In this document: piece after piece, positions 1 through 9,254 of the stretch | Layout: every line of letters starts with the position of its first letter | Position numbering within the stretch: position 1 is the first letter of the stretch | NCBI GenBank assembly: GCA_964291405.2 | Contig: OZ219926.1 | Span: 3,488,001 to 3,552,000 of the forward strand | Reading direction: 5' to 3' | DNA length: 64,000 nucleotides | Source of the DNA: Thermodesulfobacteriota bacterium | GTDB taxonomy: Bacteria > Desulfobacterota > Binatia > Bin18 | Translations under genes and position numbers: made by a program | Notes under the pieces: generated by a model | Databases searched by the model: none | The model's input: the letters and a program-made list of their open reading frames with translations, nothing else | Told to the model about the DNA's origin: nothing

Positions 1-561
1 ATTACCGGCGAGTGGTCCAGAAACCGGCTGCTCCAACTCATCATCGTCATCTTCGTCATCTATGTCATCGGCCTGTGGCTGACGAACGCCCTGCTGTACT
101 TCCAGAAGATGGACCTGAGCTATGTCTCGGTAACGGAATACTATCTGGGCTCGGAAGAGCGTTTTCTTCAGCCCCGCAGCTATCAGGGCATGCTGGAAGT
201 GACGCATTTTCACTTATTTGCCATGGGACTGCTGCTGCTGACGCTGACACATCTGATGTTGTTCGTGCCCATCTCTCCGAACCTGAAAGCCTGGCTGATC
301 ATCATTCCGTTTTTCTCCGCCCTGATTGATGAGGGCGGCGGCTGGCTGGTGCGCTTTGTCCACCCCGGCTTTGCCTATCTGAAAATTGCCGGCTTTCTTG
401 CCCTGGAAATCAGTCTGGCGGCGCTGGTCGTGATCTGTCTGTGGTCTATCTTTCGGGGCTCACAAGAGCACTACCGGCAGCCGAGGCCGCCCGCGGTGCG
501 GCGGGACAAAGTCGATGTGGAAAATGTCGGTCTTGGGGCCGCAGGGGAGATGGTGGAATGA
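1..561 (+). CDS. Multi-pass membrane protein of unknown function, 5'-truncated by the window edge
   Basis: Frame 1 is open from base 1 (ITGEWSRNRLLQLIIVIFVIYVIGLWLTNALLYFQKMDL...). About 4 hydrophobic segments and an HFHLF motif. Stop overlaps the apbE start (ATGA). Confidence 0.75.
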   Translation: MTGEWSRNRLLQLIIVIFVIYVIGLWLTNALLYFQKMDLSYVSVTEYYLGSEERFLQPRSYQGMLEVTHFHLFAMGLLLLTLTHLMLFVPISPNLKAWLIIIPFFSALIDEGGGWLVRFVHPGFAYLKIAGFLALEISLAALVVICLWSIFRGSQEHYRQPRPPAVRRDKVDVENVGLGAAGEMVE

Positions 562-1610
562 GGAGGGATTGGGGATTCGGGATTGGGGGTTGGACGGTCG
601 TTGGGATCGTCAGCCTCCTGGTTCAGGGTGGTCCTGTCCGGGCGTGTGAGACCGATGGCCGCTATATTATGGGCACGGTTTTCCAGGCCACGCTGTGCCC
701 GACAGAGCCTACTTCCCAGGCGCAGATGGGCGCGGTGTGGCACGAGGTTTTTACCACCGCGCAGCGGTTTGACGCTCTTTTTACCACCTATGCTCCGCAC
801 AGCCCGCTCAGTCATCTGAACGCCCGGGCCGGGCAGGGACTCCAGGCGGTTCCGGCCGAAGTGAGTGATATTCTACGGATCTCGCAGCGCTACGCAGACC
901 TGACCAATGGCGCTTTCGACATTACGGTGCGGCCGCTCCTGAGCCTATGGCGACAGGCGGAGACAACCCAAACGCAGCCAACCGCAGCGGCTATTCGCCA
1001 TACCCTGCGGTTCATTGGGAGTCAGAAGCTGTACTTTGCTGCTCCTCATCAAGTTGGCCTTCCTGCACCGGGCATGGCGCTGGACCTGGGGGGCATCGGC
1101 AAAGGCTATGCGCTCGACCGGATCGCCCAGCAGCTCCATGAACAGCGGCTGACAAACGCCCTGCTCAATTTTGGGCAGAGCAGCCTGTGGGCGCTTGGCC
1201 GCCCGACTGACGGGGAGGGCTGGCGCTTATTGTTACGACAGCCGAATGGCGAGATCGTCGGCGTTGCCACGTTTTCCGATCAGGCCGTTTCCATCTCCGG
1301 GAGTCTTGGCCAGAGCATGCAGGTCGAAGGCCGGCGCTACGGCCATGTCATCGATCCCCGGACCGGCCGGCCCGTGCAGCGCGACCTTTTGGCCTGTGTT
1401 GTGGCTCCGAGCGCGGCCCAAGCCGAGGCCCTGAGCACGGCGCTTTTGATTTTAGGAGAACAGGAAGGACTCGATCTCATTGAGCAACTCGATGGCGTCG
1501 AAGGATTCTTACGTGAAGCACACGGCACACAGTGGATGACAACGGGGTGGGAGCGGGTCAGCCGTTTTGTCGCCTTAGTAGGGGCGGCGCAGGCGTCGCC
1601 CCTACCTTGA
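558..1610 (+). CDS. apbE: FAD:protein FMN transferase (ApbE family)
   Basis: Motifs IMGT, GAFDITVRPL, LDLGGIGKGYALD, SISG, YGHVIDPRTG, AEALSTA. N-terminal signal-like segment. ATG at 558 overlaps the upstream stop. Confidence 0.93.
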   Translation: MRRDWGFGIGGWTVVGIVSLLVQGGPVRACETDGRYIMGTVFQATLCPTEPTSQAQMGAVWHEVFTTAQRFDALFTTYAPHSPLSHLNARAGQGLQAVPAEVSDILRISQRYADLTNGAFDITVRPLLSLWRQAETTQTQPTAAAIRHTLRFIGSQKLYFAAPHQVGLPAPGMALDLGGIGKGYALDRIAQQLHEQRLTNALLNFGQSSLWALGRPTDGEGWRLLLRQPNGEIVGVATFSDQAVSISGSLGQSMQVEGRRYGHVIDPRTGRPVQRDLLACVVAPSAAQAEALSTALLILGEQEGLDLIEQLDGVEGFLREAHGTQWMTTGWERVSRFVALVGAAQASPLP

Positions 1611-1652
1611 CGAACAGCGAGTTCTGTCAGCGTACAGAGGAGGGACACAGAC

Positions 1653-1961
1653 ATGCGCACCAACGAAATACTGGCAACCATTCCAAACGAGGCATCTGCC
1701 ACCGCCCTGCCCAATACTGCGCTGGAGATCGCCGTGGAACTGCCCCAACCGGATGATCCCAACGGACAGGTAGACGAACAGCCGAGCATTGCCTTCCGGC
1801 GTCTGACGTGGGGCTCGGGTCTGGGTTGGTGTCGGCAGCAAACCCTGACCTTGACTCCGACTGAAGCCGAGGCCGTGCTCAAGGCATTACAGAAGAGTCG
1901 GCGCAAATGGCGCGGGGACTCTGCCGCGCCCCAGGGCAAAGTCATCCCTTTTCCGGGCTGA
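1653..1961 (+). CDS. Hypothetical protein (102 aa)
   Basis: GGAGG upstream of the ATG; fills the gap after apbE; ends KVIPFPG. Confidence 0.65.
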   Translation: MRTNEILATIPNEASATALPNTALEIAVELPQPDDPNGQVDEQPSIAFRRLTWGSGLGWCRQQTLTLTPTEAEAVLKALQKSRRKWRGDSAAPQGKVIPFPG

Positions 1962-1980
1962 CCCTCAATCTGACCCATTT

Positions 1981-2142
1981 CCGTCACCTCGGCCCCCTCC
2001 CTTTCCCCCTAGGGGGAGGGGGCTCCTCCCTTTCCCGGCTCAATACATCCTAGGGACCCTCAAGCATCCGTCACCTCGGCCCCCTCCCTTTCCCCCTAGG
2101 GGGAGGGGGCTCCTCCCTTTCCCGGCTCAATACTCCTAGGGA
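1981..2142. repeat. Tandem duplication of a ~75-bp GC-rich palindromic (REP-like) unit, period 87 bp
   Basis: ccgtcacctcggccccctccctttccccctagggggagggggctcctccctttcccggctcaatac(a)tcctaggga at 1981-2056 and 2068-2142; internal palindrome tccccctaggggga. Confidence 0.9.
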
Positions 2143-2254
2143 GCACCTCTGTATTGCTTTGTCGGCCCAGGCGTGTTCAGAAGGTTTCAATTCTGAAGGT
2201 CGAAAATCATGGAGACCGTGTGCATAGCCCGGTTGTAATTATTGGCATGGACCC

Positions 2255-3070
2255 ATGTCTGAACGCAGATTTGGCCATATTCCAGGCTATCCGATTGGCT
2301 CCCACTTCGTCTCTCGCCAGGCACTCTCCAGAGCTGGAGTACACCGGCCTCGCATTGCCGGTATTGCTGGCAGCGGGCAGGTGGGCGCCGATTCGGTGGT
2401 TCTGGCTGGCGGCTATGAAGATGGGGTGGATTATGAGCATACCATTTTTTATACCGGCCACGGTGGGCGCGACCCTCAGACCCGTGAGCAGATAGGCCAT
2501 CAGGTCCTCATTCGTGGTAATCTGGCGCTGGCGCAGAACCGATTGCACGGCCTGCCCGTCCGCGTTATCCGTGGGGCAGGGTTTCGTTCCCCCTATGCGC
2601 CCGATTCCGGCTATCGGTACGACGGCTTGTACACGGTTGTCGACTACTGGCGGGGCGTCGGACGAGCGGGATTTTTTATCTGGCGTTTTCGGTTGGTCAA
2701 AATGGGTGAAGACCTACAGCGGCAGGAACGGGTCGTCCAAGAACGACTGTACGCTCAGGAGCTCAAGCAGCTCTACCACTATCGCTGCCAGATATGTCGC
2801 GTCCAACTCCGAGGTACCGCCGGGTCGTATGCCGAAGCGGTGCATATCCGGCCCCTCGAAGCCCCGCACAACGGCCCTGATACTTCCGAGAATATGCTAT
2901 GTCTGTGTCCGAACTGTCATATCCTGCTGAGCATCGGCGGGATCGGTATTGCCGATGATTTTACGTTGATCGGCAGACCGGGGAGTTTATACGTTGATTT
3001 TCGACACCGGATCAACATCGAGCATATACGTTATCGACGGCAGCACTATCCACCTGACTCCGAGATGTGA
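2255..3070 (+). CDS. SRA/YDG-HNH modification-dependent (type IV) restriction endonuclease
   Basis: SRA motifs FGHIPG, GVHRPRIAGI, SVVLAGGYED, YTGHGG, PVRVIRG, YRYDGLY. C-terminal HNH with CQIC, EAVHIRPL..PHNGPD, NMLCLCPNCH. Confidence 0.9.
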   Translation: MSERRFGHIPGYPIGSHFVSRQALSRAGVHRPRIAGIAGSGQVGADSVVLAGGYEDGVDYEHTIFYTGHGGRDPQTREQIGHQVLIRGNLALAQNRLHGLPVRVIRGAGFRSPYAPDSGYRYDGLYTVVDYWRGVGRAGFFIWRFRLVKMGEDLQRQERVVQERLYAQELKQLYHYRCQICRVQLRGTAGSYAEAVHIRPLEAPHNGPDTSENMLCLCPNCHILLSIGGIGIADDFTLIGRPGSLYVDFRHRINIEHIRYRRQHYPPDSEM

Positions 3071-3118
3071 GGAGTACGAGTTCCCCCAGGTAGGAAAGAA
3101 AAAAGGGAGAGACCAACG

Positions 3119-3949
3119 ATGCAGGGCAATCTACGCAAGATGCGAACGCAGCCGGGTCCGCCCGTGGAGTATCGCTTGCCGGTCGGCGAGCAGGAGGTTG
3201 CTTTAAATCTCTTACTGGGTAAAACCGTGCGTCTCAGATTTGCCGGCGAGATTCACTGTGTGGCCTGCGGGCGCAAGACCAAGAAAAGTTTCAATCAGGG
3301 CTATTGTTATCCCTGCTTTCAGAGTCTTGCTCAGTGCGACATCTGCATCGTGAAACCCGAACTGTGTCATTACGAGCAGGGCACCTGTCGTGAGCCGACC
3401 TGGGGTGAGGCACACTGTATGCAGCCTCACTATGTCTACATAGCCAACTCATCCGGCCTGAAAGTCGGCATTACGCGCGGGAGTCAGATTCCAACCCGCT
3501 GGATGGATCAGGGCGCGGTACAGGCTTTGCCGATTTTTCGGGTGCAGAGTCGCTATCAGGCCGGGCTGCTTGAGGTCATGTTCAAGCAGCATATAGCCGA
3601 TCGCACCAACTGGCAGCGCATGCTCAAGGGCGAGCCCGAATTGGCGGACTTGGCAGCCAAGCGAGACGATCTCCTTGGGCTGTGTCAGGCTGAACTGTAC
3701 GACCAAACGCGGACCGCCGGGGAAAGCGCACTCACGCTGCTTGAGGAGGAGGACAGCCATTCGTTTACCTACCCCGTGCTGGAGTATCCCACCAAGGTCA
3801 AGTCACGCAATTTCGAGAAGACGCCCGAGATCGAAGGCACGTTGCTGGGCATCAAGGGGCAGTATCTCATATTCGATACCGGCGTGCTGAACGTGCGCAA
3901 GTTTGGCGGGTATGAGGTGCGGTTCGAGTCCCCAGACTCTCCCGCCTGA
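3119..3949 (+). CDS. DUF2797 family Cys-rich protein
   Basis: CVACGRKTKKSFNQGYCYPC, HYVYIANSSGLKVGITR, PTRWMDQGA, GIKGQYLIFD. Confidence 0.88.
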   Translation: MQGNLRKMRTQPGPPVEYRLPVGEQEVALNLLLGKTVRLRFAGEIHCVACGRKTKKSFNQGYCYPCFQSLAQCDICIVKPELCHYEQGTCREPTWGEAHCMQPHYVYIANSSGLKVGITRGSQIPTRWMDQGAVQALPIFRVQSRYQAGLLEVMFKQHIADRTNWQRMLKGEPELADLAAKRDDLLGLCQAELYDQTRTAGESALTLLEEEDSHSFTYPVLEYPTKVKSRNFEKTPEIEGTLLGIKGQYLIFDTGVLNVRKFGGYEVRFESPDSPA

Positions 3950-4006
3950 AAAGCGAGGTGTTTTGCAAGACCCGACACCGCTGAGCTGAGACGTCCGTCC
4001 GGAGGA

Positions 4007-4543
4007 TTATTCTCCCAAGACCTGGACCCCGGCCTCGGCGCAGGAAATGTCCTGTTCGACCGTCCCGCCCCCGACACCAATTCCTCCAACGACTTCGTCG
4101 TCGATTATAATGGGCAGCCCGCCACCAACCACGGTTGCCCCCTCAAAATGGGACAATCCCACTAACAGGGCCGGGTCGTCTTTGATGGCATTATAAAAAT
4201 CGGCCGTGCCAAATCCGAATAGCGCGGTATACGCCTTGCGTTGACTGCCTTCGATGCCGAGGAGTGGAGCGCCGTCCATACGGGCAAAAGCTTTCAGATG
4301 CCCGCCGTCATCAACAACCGCCACATTTTGCTTGACACCCAGTTCTTTGGCGCGGGCGATCGCTGCTGCGACCATCCGTGCCGCCAGGGCATGGGTAATC
4401 GTTTTTTTGGTATAGGTTGTCTGCGGCTTCTGTTTTGCGTCTTCAGCGCTGCCGGCCGTAGGCGTCAGCGCGATGGAGGCAGCAACGGCAACACATAAGA
4501 GCAGAAAGAACCCTCTGGAAAAAACATGCCTGAGTTGAGTCAT
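4007..4543 (-). CDS. GlcG/HbpS-family heme-binding protein with predicted signal peptide
   Basis: VAVVDDGGHLKAFARMDGA, RKAYTA, GGGLPI, GGIGVGGG..EQD; hydrophobic N-terminus ending AGSA. Confidence 0.85.
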   Translation of the reverse strand: MTQLRHVFSRGFFLLLCVAVAASIALTPTAGSAEDAKQKPQTTYTKKTITHALAARMVAAAIARAKELGVKQNVAVVDDGGHLKAFARMDGAPLLGIEGSQRKAYTALFGFGTADFYNAIKDDPALLVGLSHFEGATVVGGGLPIIIDDEVVGGIGVGGGTVEQDISCAEAGVQVLGE

Positions 4544-4617
4544 GGGGTATCCCACCTTTCTCGTCGCCCGGCGCATCGCGCACCAGCTTCGTATCTCACC
4601 ATTATGAGCGAACCTCC

Positions 4618-6135
4618 CTAGCGCGTCCAGGCCAACCACCTGGTGAAGAGCGATTTGACCCGTGGGGTCAGCCGGGTACGATTATAGGCATCCGCGGCGC
4701 GTTTTATAGCTTCGGCCTGGGTGGGATAGGTATGAATGGTCCTGGCCAGGGTGCCGAGTCCCAGGCCGCCGACCATGGCCAGAGTCAGCTCCGAGATCAT
4801 TTCGCCGGCGTGCCGGGTCACAATCGTTGCGCCTAGAATAGTATCCTTACCGGCCTTGGTGTGGATTTTCACAAAACCGTCGGTATCGCCTTCGAGCACG
4901 GCCCGGTCGACCTGCCCCATCTCCTGCTGAAAGGTCTGGATGGCAATGCCCTGTTTTTCCGCTTCATGTTCATACAGCCCGACATGCGCGATTTCAGGAT
5001 CGGTATAGGTACACCACGGCACGGTGAGGGCGCTCGCCTTTGCCCGTCCGACGAACAGGGTGTTCTGGATCACAACGCGGGCCAGGGCATCCGCCATATG
5101 GGTGAATTTATACGGCGAGCAAATATCACCCGCTGCATAAATACGTGGGTTGGTCGTCTGAAGTCGATCATCGACCTTCACTCCTTGTCTGGTATCAAAA
5201 TCCACGTCGATGGCCTCCAGGTTCATCCCTTCGACGTTGGGCGCGCGACCCACCCCGAGGAGGACGGCATCCACGCGAACCTCTTCTTGCTGCCCATCTT
5301 TTTCAACCCGAAGCACTTTGTCCTGGCCGTCCCGCTCCACCCCGGTGATCTGACAGCCGAGGACGAGCGAGACGCCGTCTCGAATCAACGCGGCCTGGAT
5401 GAGGGCTGCGGCGTCCTTGTCCTCGCGGATGAGTATCTGGGGCATCACTTCCAGGAGGGTGACCTGCGACCCGAAGCGCGCAAACGCCTGGGCCATTTCA
5501 CAGCCGATCGGGCCGGCGCCGATGATAGCCAGCCGTTTGGGCAACTCGGTTAAGGAAAAGACGGTTTCGTTGGTCAGATAACCCGCTTCCGACAAGCCGG
5601 GAATCGGCAGGGGCATGGCCCGGGCGCCCGTGGCGATGACCGCCCGACGGAAACGCAGGTGCCGGCCGTCGACCTCCACGCTGTCCGAATCGACAAAACG
5701 TCCTTCGCCCAGAAAGACATCCACGCCAAGTTCGTCACGATAGCGCTGTGCCGAGTCGTGCGGACTGATTTCCGAGCGGAGCCGGCGCATCCGTTCCATG
5801 ACCGCCGGGAAATTCACTCGGGTTCCGGTCGGCACCTCGACTCCGTACTGGCCCGCGTCCCGGACATCCGCAACAGCCCGAGCCGCCCGGAGCAGAGCTT
5901 TGGACGGCACGCAGCCGACGTTTAAGCAGTCGCCGCCCAAATGCTCCCGTTCCACCAGGGCAACCTTCGCCCCAAGACCGGCCGCACCGGCTGCCGTAAT
6001 CAGGCCGGCAGTGCCTCCACCCAGGACGACCAGATTATAACTCGGGGCGGGCTCCGGGTTTGTCCAGTCACGGGGGTGGACGTTGGCAACGAGGGTCTGG
6101 TTATATGCATCCTCAGGGAATGCAATGGTCGTCAT
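4618..6135 (-). CDS. Pyridine nucleotide-disulfide oxidoreductase (MerA/LpdA-like)
   Basis: GGGTAG FAD motif, GGDCLNVGCVPSK redox disulfide, GAGPIGCE, HTYPT. Confidence 0.9.
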   Translation of the reverse strand: MTTIAFPEDAYNQTLVANVHPRDWTNPEPAPSYNLVVLGGGTAGLITAAGAAGLGAKVALVEREHLGGDCLNVGCVPSKALLRAARAVADVRDAGQYGVEVPTGTRVNFPAVMERMRRLRSEISPHDSAQRYRDELGVDVFLGEGRFVDSDSVEVDGRHLRFRRAVIATGARAMPLPIPGLSEAGYLTNETVFSLTELPKRLAIIGAGPIGCEMAQAFARFGSQVTLLEVMPQILIREDKDAAALIQAALIRDGVSLVLGCQITGVERDGQDKVLRVEKDGQQEEVRVDAVLLGVGRAPNVEGMNLEAIDVDFDTRQGVKVDDRLQTTNPRIYAAGDICSPYKFTHMADALARVVIQNTLFVGRAKASALTVPWCTYTDPEIAHVGLYEHEAEKQGIAIQTFQQEMGQVDRAVLEGDTDGFVKIHTKAGKDTILGATIVTRHAGEMISELTLAMVGGLGLGTLARTIHTYPTQAEAIKRAADAYNRTRLTPRVKSLFTRWLAWTR

Positions 6136-6248
6136 ACGGCTCCTCCTGCTGTGTTCCGGGCTCCTAAGAACAGGGTACTCGGGATGGTCCGGTTTACAAG
6201 GAGGGGAGGGGATATGGGCAGGCTGTCCCGCCGTGCCTGGGCCGGTTT

Positions 6249-6692
6249 CTACTTGGCCCAGCCCTCTTTGAGCGGCACAAAATAATAGGCGTTGAATTTG
6301 CGTGAGCGGAACTTCCAGACTCCGTCAATTTTGGCATACACGTCATCGTAATGCCCGGCGGCAATCACACTCTGGCCATCCTGCGTGGCGCGCAGCTCCA
6401 GATAACACGTTCCCGTGGCCCGGTCGCCCTCAAGGTCGATGACGTGATTATGGATAAAAGGACGTGGATCAAGAGCGGCCAGCCCCTGCTCATAGGCTGC
6501 CAATAACGCCTCGCTCCCCTTTGCCGTAGGCTGTGCCCCGCCGGCATCAAACTCACCATCTGCGGTAAAGAGGCTGACCACGGCAGGCACGTCCTGCTGC
6601 CACACATAATGGCAGTACCGCTGTGGAAGGTCTCGAATCGCCTCTCGGTCCAACATCTCCTGCACCTGTGTTTCCAGACTTTTGTCGGCCAT
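6249..6692 (-). CDS. NTF2-like / SnoaL-like protein
   Basis: DREAIRDL..RYC, LFTADG, HNHVIDLEGDRATG, GHYDDVY..GVWKF; start MADKSLE after GGAG. Confidence 0.85.
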   Translation of the reverse strand: MADKSLETQVQEMLDREAIRDLPQRYCHYVWQQDVPAVVSLFTADGEFDAGGAQPTAKGSEALLAAYEQGLAALDPRPFIHNHVIDLEGDRATGTCYLELRATQDGQSVIAAGHYDDVYAKIDGVWKFRSRKFNAYYFVPLKEGWAK

Positions 6693-6854
6693 TGCTTTCT
6701 CCTTTTTCGGTTCGTTGTGTGGCCGTCTTACCAAAAGTCAGGCGCCCGGGATATGGCAGGATAGAGCTGGGTAGGGCCAAGGGCGTGGGTTGCGCGCAGA
6801 CAACGAGAGCTTATAGGATGCGCCGGTGATATGGCTGGCGCTCAGGAGGGGAGT

Positions 6855-8033
6855 ATGGCCCATACAGCGGATATCGTGATTATCGGTGCGGGTGTGACGG
6901 GATCGAGCATTGCGTTCAATCTTGCCACCCGGGGTATCACCAATGTCGTCGTCCTGGAGAAAAACTTTATTGCCTCCGGGGCAACCGGCAAAAGCTCGGC
7001 CTGTATTCGCCAGCACTATTCAACCGAGGTGACCGCGCGTATGGTCCGGCGCAGCCTGGACGTGTTTGAAAACTTCGGCGACGTGGTCGGCGGATCGGCC
7101 GGTTTTACGCGAACGGGCTATCTGATGGGGGTGCCCGAGCAGGACCTCGAAGCGCTCAAAAAGGTTGTGGCCATGCAACGCCGCGTCGGGATCAACACCC
7201 GCTTTATCTCTCCCGAAGAAATCCGTGAAATCGAACCGCGCACGCGCGTGGAAGACCTGGCCGGCGGGGCCTGGGAGCCGGACTCCGGCTACGCCGACCC
7301 GTCCGACACCACCTCGTCCTTTATCCGACGGGCACGAGAGTTGGGCGTGCAGGTTCATCAGGGGACCGAAGTCACCGGCATTCAACTGGTGGGCGGCGCG
7401 GTGGCCGAGGTGGTCACCAATCAGGGACGCTTTTCCACGCCCACAGTTATTGACGCGGCCGGTGCCTGGGGCGATCGTATTGCGGCCATGGTGGAAGTGG
7501 CGATTCCCCTGACCGTGTGCCGCCACAATATCTGTTTTGTCAAACGGCCCGTCGAGGCCGCCGACCGGCATCCCCTGTTTTACGACTTCGTCAGCCAGGT
7601 CTACACGCGGCCCGAGGGCGCGGACCTGACCCTGGTGGGTTCGCTGGACCCGATTGAACTCAACGACCGGGTCGATCCCGACCACTACGACCACGGTGTG
7701 AGCTATGACAGAACGGTTGAGATGACGGGCCATGTCACCCATCGCTTCCCCCGCTTTGAGACCGGCTATTTTCACAGCGGCTACTCGGGCTTTTTCGATG
7801 TCATGCCCGACTGGCATCCCATTCTGGACGCCGTGCCGGGGATTAGCGGAATGTATATGGCCGTCGGCTTCAGCGGCCACGGCTTCAAGCTGGCCCCGGC
7901 GGTGGGCGAGATGATGGCCGAGCTGATTATCAACGGCAAGCAGCCTGGTACGGATATTGACGCCTTTCGCTTTACCCGTTTTGCGGAAAAACAACCCATC
8001 CGGGGTATGTATGATGAGGGCCTGATGGGCTAA
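6855..8033 (+). CDS. FAD-dependent oxidoreductase (DAO / sarcosine oxidase beta-like)
   Basis: IIGAGVTG, GATGKSSA, DAAGAW, DVMPDWHPI, GFSGHGFKLAP. Confidence 0.9.
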   Translation: MAHTADIVIIGAGVTGSSIAFNLATRGITNVVVLEKNFIASGATGKSSACIRQHYSTEVTARMVRRSLDVFENFGDVVGGSAGFTRTGYLMGVPEQDLEALKKVVAMQRRVGINTRFISPEEIREIEPRTRVEDLAGGAWEPDSGYADPSDTTSSFIRRARELGVQVHQGTEVTGIQLVGGAVAEVVTNQGRFSTPTVIDAAGAWGDRIAAMVEVAIPLTVCRHNICFVKRPVEAADRHPLFYDFVSQVYTRPEGADLTLVGSLDPIELNDRVDPDHYDHGVSYDRTVEMTGHVTHRFPRFETGYFHSGYSGFFDVMPDWHPILDAVPGISGMYMAVGFSGHGFKLAPAVGEMMAELIINGKQPGTDIDAFRFTRFAEKQPIRGMYDEGLMG

Positions 8034-8060
8034 CAGTGATACAGGACTAAGGAGAAACCC

Positions 8061-9215
8061 ATGACGCAATTGCCCCCTGAAGCCGCCCGGACACGGCAGC
8101 CGCTGTCCCAGGCGCGGCATATGCCGGCCCATTTTTACACTTCGCCCGAGATTTATGAACGCGAGAAAGAACGCATCTTTCAAAAAGAATGGCTGTGCAT
8201 GGGCCGGGTCGAAGAGCTGGACCAGCCAGGCAGCTATTTGACCTTTCGGGTGGCGGGCGAGCCGGTTGTCATCTGTAAAGATCGCCAGGGAGAGATTCGG
8301 GCCTTTTCCAATGTGTGTCGTCACCGGGGGACGCAGGTGGCGTTCGGCGAGCCCGACAACGGGACCCCGTTTGGCAAAGGCTGCGACAAGGCCCTGTCGT
8401 GTCCCTACCACGGCTGGACGTATGACATGGACGGCCGGCTTCTCAACGCACCCCACTCCGCGGAAATGGAGGGCTTTGACACCAAGGATTTCGGCCTGAT
8501 TCCCCTGCGGGTCGATACCTGGGCAGGCTTTCTGTTTATCAACTTCGACCCGGCGGCGCGGAGCTTGATGGATGTCCTGAACGAGATGGACTTTCCCCGG
8601 ACCTATCAGCCCTACCGCTATGAAGATTTTCGCCTGGCGAGCAAGTTTTCGTTCGAGCTGGACTGCAACTGGAAGTTCGTGAACGAAAACCTGACCGACA
8701 TCTACCATATTGCCGTGCTCCACGTGAACACCTTCGGTCCCTGGCAGCCGCTGGAGTCCTACGAGTTCCGGCCGGTGCGGGGCGGCTATCACGGCTATTT
8801 CAAGGGCAAGACCCTGGCCCCGAACGGCGACTCCTTGTTCGGCACGATTCCCTGGATCTCGGGCAAGCTGGCCGAGGGTGGCTATTCCAGCCATCTGCGG
8901 CCGAACATCCCCTGGTTTCCACGCCACGACTTCCTGTGCTTTATGTCGGTCTGGCCAGGCGAGCGCGTCGATAAAACGGTCGGCGTTTCGTATCAGCTCT
9001 TTCCCAAGCAGCATTTCGAGCAGCCCGATTTTCAGGACAAGGTGCGAATCTATGATGATTTCCTCAAGGAGTTCCTGTCCGAAGACATCTCGATGATCAA
9101 GTCGCTCCAGCAGGGCATGGATTCCAAGTATTTCAAACCCGGACCGATGTCCCGTTTTGAGGTCGCCATTCACAGTATCGCCAACTATTATCTCGAACGC
9201 CTGGAGGCCGAGTAG
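8061..9215 (+). CDS. Rieske non-heme iron oxygenase alpha subunit
   Basis: NVCRHRG...CPYHGWTY Rieske motif; NWKFVNENLTDIYHIAVLH iron motif; C-terminal ED. Confidence 0.93.
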   Translation: MTQLPPEAARTRQPLSQARHMPAHFYTSPEIYEREKERIFQKEWLCMGRVEELDQPGSYLTFRVAGEPVVICKDRQGEIRAFSNVCRHRGTQVAFGEPDNGTPFGKGCDKALSCPYHGWTYDMDGRLLNAPHSAEMEGFDTKDFGLIPLRVDTWAGFLFINFDPAARSLMDVLNEMDFPRTYQPYRYEDFRLASKFSFELDCNWKFVNENLTDIYHIAVLHVNTFGPWQPLESYEFRPVRGGYHGYFKGKTLAPNGDSLFGTIPWISGKLAEGGYSSHLRPNIPWFPRHDFLCFMSVWPGERVDKTVGVSYQLFPKQHFEQPDFQDKVRIYDDFLKEFLSEDISMIKSLQQGMDSKYFKPGPMSRFEVAIHSIANYYLERLEAE

Positions 9216-9254
9216 GCATACTACGGTACGGGCCAGACACAGGAGGGTGGCAGA

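Noticed and set aside
1981-2142. CRISPR array
   Set aside because: Only two long units, no unique spacers and no cas genes.
4618-6135. Mercuric reductase / mer operon
   Set aside because: No C-terminal Cys-Cys pair, no NmerA domain and no mer genes nearby.
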